Assembly: GCF_964355755.1 (NCBI RefSeq)
Contig: NC_092676.1
Location: 27,732,871-27,796,870 of the forward strand
From: Antedon mediterranea
Taxonomy: Eukaryota; Animalia; Echinodermata
Direction of reading: 5' to 3'
DNA: 64,000 bases
Part shown: positions 59,905 to 64,000 of the stretch, in pieces
Layout of the letters: each line of letters begins with the position of its first letter
How positions within the stretch are numbered: the stretch's first letter is position 1
Made by a program: the position numbers and the translations under genes
Notes under the pieces: model-generated
What the model was told of the DNA's origin: nothing
Database searches by the model: none
The model's input: the letters and a program-made list of their open reading frames with translations, nothing else

Positions 59905-62900
59905 AGCTGCAGCCATCACGTTTTTCTTGTTCGCTCTTCGCTTTCTTCTTTTTTTTTGTGTGTTTTTTGTTCGTAGCCCCTTTTTTGATGTAATTTGATG
60001 ATTTTTGATGTTAGTAACTGTTCCCGATTGTGCTGTCTCGTTTTTATAGTCTTGTGAACTGTTTTTTACGTGTTATATACTCTCCGACCAACAATCTGCA
60101 ACATAGGCTAGGCTACCCCGCTTCCGTTGGCCGCTACAATGTGCAAGCAGAATTCCACCGGCACTCGCTATGATGAGTTAACAACATCCGGAAGCGTGAT
60201 CAGAGCTAGGCATAGGCCTAGAGGAAGGAGAGCAGGGCGGAAAGTACGGCGCATGATTCCAGTCATATTCAATGTTTTCCCGATTGAATCTAAACGGCCT
60301 CACATCATTTATAGAACCCCTGTGAGAACTGTCATTCATATCGCTACTTCAACAAAGCAGGATAACAATAGGCTCACGATAGAGAAGAATATTAAGCAAC
60401 AACATTTGCCTAATTTTTTAGTAACGAACGCCCAATCGCTGATCAATAAGCGTGATGAATTTCATCTGTTGATGAATAAGGAATCAGTTAATGTTGGTAT
60501 AATTACTGAGAGCTGGTTTTCTACCACCCACCATCAAGACCAACTGGACATACCTGGTTATGCCTTATTCTCCAAATGTCGTGAAGACCGACGTGGGGGT
60601 GGAGTAGCAATCTACAGCAAAGATGGCCTCAATGCTCAAGAACTTAAGGTTGCAGCCCCCCCTGAGTTGGAGATTCTTTGGATCAAACTAAGAGGCACCA
60701 GACTACCTAGAGGACTATCGCAAATTGTAGTGTGTGGTATATATATAGTCACAGATTCACCACATCAACAGTTATTGAAAGAACATCTAATCAACACAAT
60801 TGATGAAATTCGCACACGGTCCCCAGATACCGGATTTTGCATAGCTGGTGATTTCAACCGTATGGTAATTGGTGACATTCTTAAAGGCAACGATTTTCGT
60901 CAAATTGTTAAATTTAACACGCGTAATAATGCTGTTCTTGATCTAATCATTACAAATATGGATGACACGTTTTATACAGCACCATCTGCATTAGCGCCTA
61001 TTGGTATGAGCGATCATGTGTGTGTACTATGGAAACCAAAGATCAGACCGCGACTCAACTCTACAAAGAACATAGTGGTTCGTCCATTTTATGAATCAAG
61101 AAAATGTGAGTTTGGAAGATGGTTATTAACACAGGATTGGCTTGAGGTGATCAATAGCGCTTCTACTCAAGACAAAATGGACGCTCTTTATAACATTTTG
61201 AACAGTGCAATAGATAAGTATTTTCCGACAAAAAAAGTAAAAATACACTGTGCTGATAGACCCTGGATAACTAATTGCATTAGAGACCTAATAGCTAAGA
61301 GGCAGACTGCTTTTGCTAGGGGGGACACAACACTTTTTAAGAAGTTACGAAATAAAGTAAAACGAGAAATTGAATTGGCCAAAACTAAGTATTTTTCAAC
61401 TAGAATAAGACACCTACGGCACAATGACCCACGAAAATGGCACTCGCAAATTAAAGATTTAACATCATCTAAAATGGGTCGAGATCTAAATATTAATGTT
61501 ACAGACATATCCGCCTCTGATCACATAGGTATCGCTAATGCAATTAATTCCCAGTTTGCTAGCATTAATAATGACATACCCCCACTAGACTATTGTATTT
61601 TACCGGCATATTTGCCATGTAACAGCCCTGCACCGCAAGTTAAAGAATGGGAGGTTTATAATAAGTTAAGAAAAACCAACCCGCATAAATCAGTAGGACC
61701 TGATAAAATACCACCCTTAATTCTTAAAGAGTTTGCCCTTGAGTTAAGTGAACCCCTCACTAATATTTTAAATTGCTCATTTAGGGAAGGAAGTCTCCCG
61801 ACCCAATGGAAATCTGCTGTGACTGTTCCTATCCCCAAGGTACATCCACCAAAAATTGATAAGTTAAGACCTATCTCGTTAACATCTGCCTTTGCAAAAG
61901 TGGCAGAGCAATTTGTTTGTGAATGGGTGGTATCTGATATCCAGAATAAATTAGATGTAAGACAGTATGGCAATGTCAAAGGGGCATCAACTAGCCACTA
62001 CTTAGTACGTCTAGTTCATGATATGTGTGCTGCAGCTGAGGAGGCTCATAACATAGGGACGGTTGTCCTTACGGACTTCACTAAGGCCTTTGATCGAATT
62101 GAACACAACACCTTAATCAATAAAATCATCGACATTGGAGTCCGTAGGTCTATCGTCCCTTGGATTTGTAGCTTCCTCAGCTGCAGAGAACAATGTGTAA
62201 AATATAACAACTCCCTATCAAGTGCTATCACGTTAAAAGCTGGTGTCCCCCAGGGGACCAAACTTGGTCCCATTGCATTTCAAATCATGATCAATGATGC
62301 TGTTAAGGGTGCTAAAACGAATGCTTTAAAATACGTTGATGACCTATCTGTTTATGAAAATCGTAAGATAACACAACCAGGTCACTTGCAGCATGATCTT
62401 AATGAGTTTCATGATTGGTGTAAAAGGAATATTATGGACCTGAACCCTGCTAAATGCCAGGCACTACAAATATGTTTTAGTAAAAGGAATATTCCTGAAA
62501 ATAAAATTTATATCGGGGGTAACGAACTAGCATTTGTCACTCATGCTAAAATACTTGGAGTCACGTTACAAAATAACTTAAAATGGGATAAGCATATTGG
62601 GGATATTGTCCTCAAGGCTAATAGGAAGCTTTTTATTTTAAGGAGTCTAAAGAAATTTGGCTTCAACCCTGATGAACTATGCTCTGTCTACTGCGGGTAT
62701 ATTAGACCCCTCCTTGAATATGCCGATGTTGTATGGCACCCCGGCTTAACCAAATCGCTTAGCAACTCTATAGAATCTGTCCAACGCAGAGCATGCCGTA
62801 CCATATTGGGAAGGGATTTTAGTTCGTATGACAAAGCTCTAAAGGTCTGTAACATCTCATCCCTTACTGATAGGAGAATAGCTCACAGTCTCAAATTTGC

Positions 62901-63260
62901 CAAGGGAATATCTCAGACTGTTCATTCTGCCGATCTTTTACCGGTGACACGGTTTGAAAGTCATGGGAGGTTGCTCCGTAATAGTAATAACATTTCACAA
63001 TTACCATCCAGAACCGCCCGTTTCAGTAACAGCCCAATCCCTTATTTTATCCGCCTGCTTAACGCCTGATTTTCACTCATTTTTGTATAATTTATTATTT
63101 TGTATGTTTCTATTTTGTATATTTTTATTGGTCTTGGTACATGCATGTAAAAGTTACCCACAATCTGGCCTTTGGCCACTAGTGGTAACTTGTGGCATGG
63201 TGGTGTCTAATGTTTTTTTTTTTGATGTTTTATATGAAATAAAAGAATAATAATAAATAA
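59905..63260 (+). mobile_element. Full-length single-ORF CR1/L2-group LINE inserted into a MITE family 1 copy
   Basis: T-rich 5' UTR, intact ORF, 3' UTR hairpin ggcc-ttt-ggcc, aataaa plus (AAT)n tail; MITE halves at 59836-59904 and 63261-63340. Confidence 0.93.
60139..63069 (+). CDS. LINE ORF2: APE endonuclease + reverse transcriptase, intact (~976 aa from the first ATG)
   Basis: NAQSL, ITESW, GGGVA, AGDFN, LDL, SDH; LRPISLT, DFTKAFD, GVPQGTKLGP, YVDD, LGV; no stops or frameshifts. Confidence 0.95.
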   Translation: MCKQNSTGTRYDELTTSGSVIRARHRPRGRRAGRKVRRMIPVIFNVFPIESKRPHIIYRTPVRTVIHIATSTKQDNNRLTIEKNIKQQHLPNFLVTNAQSLINKRDEFHLLMNKESVNVGIITESWFSTTHHQDQLDIPGYALFSKCREDRRGGGVAIYSKDGLNAQELKVAAPPELEILWIKLRGTRLPRGLSQIVVCGIYIVTDSPHQQLLKEHLINTIDEIRTRSPDTGFCIAGDFNRMVIGDILKGNDFRQIVKFNTRNNAVLDLIITNMDDTFYTAPSALAPIGMSDHVCVLWKPKIRPRLNSTKNIVVRPFYESRKCEFGRWLLTQDWLEVINSASTQDKMDALYNILNSAIDKYFPTKKVKIHCADRPWITNCIRDLIAKRQTAFARGDTTLFKKLRNKVKREIELAKTKYFSTRIRHLRHNDPRKWHSQIKDLTSSKMGRDLNINVTDISASDHIGIANAINSQFASINNDIPPLDYCILPAYLPCNSPAPQVKEWEVYNKLRKTNPHKSVGPDKIPPLILKEFALELSEPLTNILNCSFREGSLPTQWKSAVTVPIPKVHPPKIDKLRPISLTSAFAKVAEQFVCEWVVSDIQNKLDVRQYGNVKGASTSHYLVRLVHDMCAAAEEAHNIGTVVLTDFTKAFDRIEHNTLINKIIDIGVRRSIVPWICSFLSCREQCVKYNNSLSSAITLKAGVPQGTKLGPIAFQIMINDAVKGAKTNALKYVDDLSVYENRKITQPGHLQHDLNEFHDWCKRNIMDLNPAKCQALQICFSKRNIPENKIYIGGNELAFVTHAKILGVTLQNNLKWDKHIGDIVLKANRKLFILRSLKKFGFNPDELCSVYCGYIRPLLEYADVVWHPGLTKSLSNSIESVQRRACRTILGRDFSSYDKALKVCNISSLTDRRIAHSLKFAKGISQTVHSADLLPVTRFESHGRLLRNSNNISQLPSRTARFSNSPIPYFIRLLNA

Positions 63261-64000
63261 TATCACTACCATAGTTGAGCATATCACTACCATATTTGGG
63301 CACATCACATGTTTTTTGTCAAAGTAGTTTGACATTGTATTCTATAAAATGTTTTTACACTTATTTTTATGTATAAAAATTTATTTATATTTTGCTAAAA
63401 GTGTGAATCTTCAATGTATATATTATGTGGTGAAGGGGTGTGTGTGTTGCAAAAAAATTAACATTCCATTTGTATGTTATAAATATTGTTTAATACTTTG
63501 TTTATTGTTTTTTTTTAACTTTGAATAAAAATGTATTGTGTTAAGCTCTGTCTACATTATCAATCTAGTTTGACAAAAAAAGTGTGATGTGCCTAAATAT
63601 GGTAGTGATATACCCAAATATGGTAGTGATATGTACATCATATCCTTATATATTTTTTTGTCACATAAAGTTTGATAGTGGAGACAGGGTTTTACGAGGA
63701 GTTTTGAATTTACCCTCAGTTGTCATTGAGGTCATTGAACGCCGCCGTTGACCTACGTACTCGCATTTTGTCATACAAAATGAATGCAAACATCTCATTG
63801 ATGACTTGTCTTTAGTGAATAGTAGGTGTCCTCGGCATGCTAGTGTAAACAATTGCTTTCAGTCAACCAAGCTTTTAGATGTGAATATGTATAAGAAAAT
63901 ATAATGTAGTATTACGTAATAAATAAATTTGATTTATTATATGAAACGTAATAATTGTATTTGAGAATAAGAATAATAAATATTTATTAGACATGTTTCA

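Larger units (their letters stand above)
21965..63691. mobile_element. MITE family 1 (~110-170 bp), about 16 copies: ~21965, 32421, 34507, 39149, 40037, 45997, 46398, 47000, 49804, 52707, 53360, 53738, 54145, 57767, 59836/63261 (split by a LINE), 63544
   Basis: TIR agctctgtctacactatcaaac...gtttgatagtgtagacagagct; body tgtgatgtgcccatatatggacatgatgatgtca plus 1-3 copies of a ~21-bp atatcactaccatatttggg(c/t) unit; TWA-rich flanks suggest PIF/Harbinger. The span given is first to last copy. Confidence 0.9.

Noticed and set aside
61188-62273. Antisense ORFs over the LINE (and similar ones over EIF2S3, SLC22 and TRIM exons)
   Set aside because: Shadow frames of real coding sequence with no recognisable domains

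Overview
AT-rich, intron-rich animal genomic DNA. An invertebrate deuterostome such as an echinoderm is inferred from the gene and repeat content but not proven. Six spliced host genes were reconstructed by hand: a 3-exon SH3BGRL3-like gene (4233-5490, -; missed by the ORF track), a 12-exon eIF2-gamma gene (6753-15915, -), two tandem 10-exon SLC22 organic-cation-transporter-like genes (19460-24030 and 25880-35865, -), an 18-exon GCPII/NAALADase-like M28B peptidase (36177-53141, -) and a divergent 6-exon GXYLT-type glycosyltransferase (55420-59228, +). A single-coding-exon RING-Bbox-coiled-coil-NHL (TRIM) gene lies antisense inside intron 8 of the second SLC22 gene. It is bracketed by two direct copies of one MITE, is almost free of CpG, and is absent from the homologous intron of the paralogue. 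Mobile DNA includes two near-full-length single-ORF LINEs (one frameshifted, one intact), several LINE 3' fragments, tRNA-derived SINEs, a 3.7 kb EnSpm/CACTA-like element carrying a spliced accessory pseudogene, about 16 copies of one MITE, a palindromic MITE cluster, and a family of 22-32 bp CATRG..CATG palindromes with 7-bp target duplications that look like P-element excision footprints. All coordinates and family assignments were read by eye and need computational confirmation.
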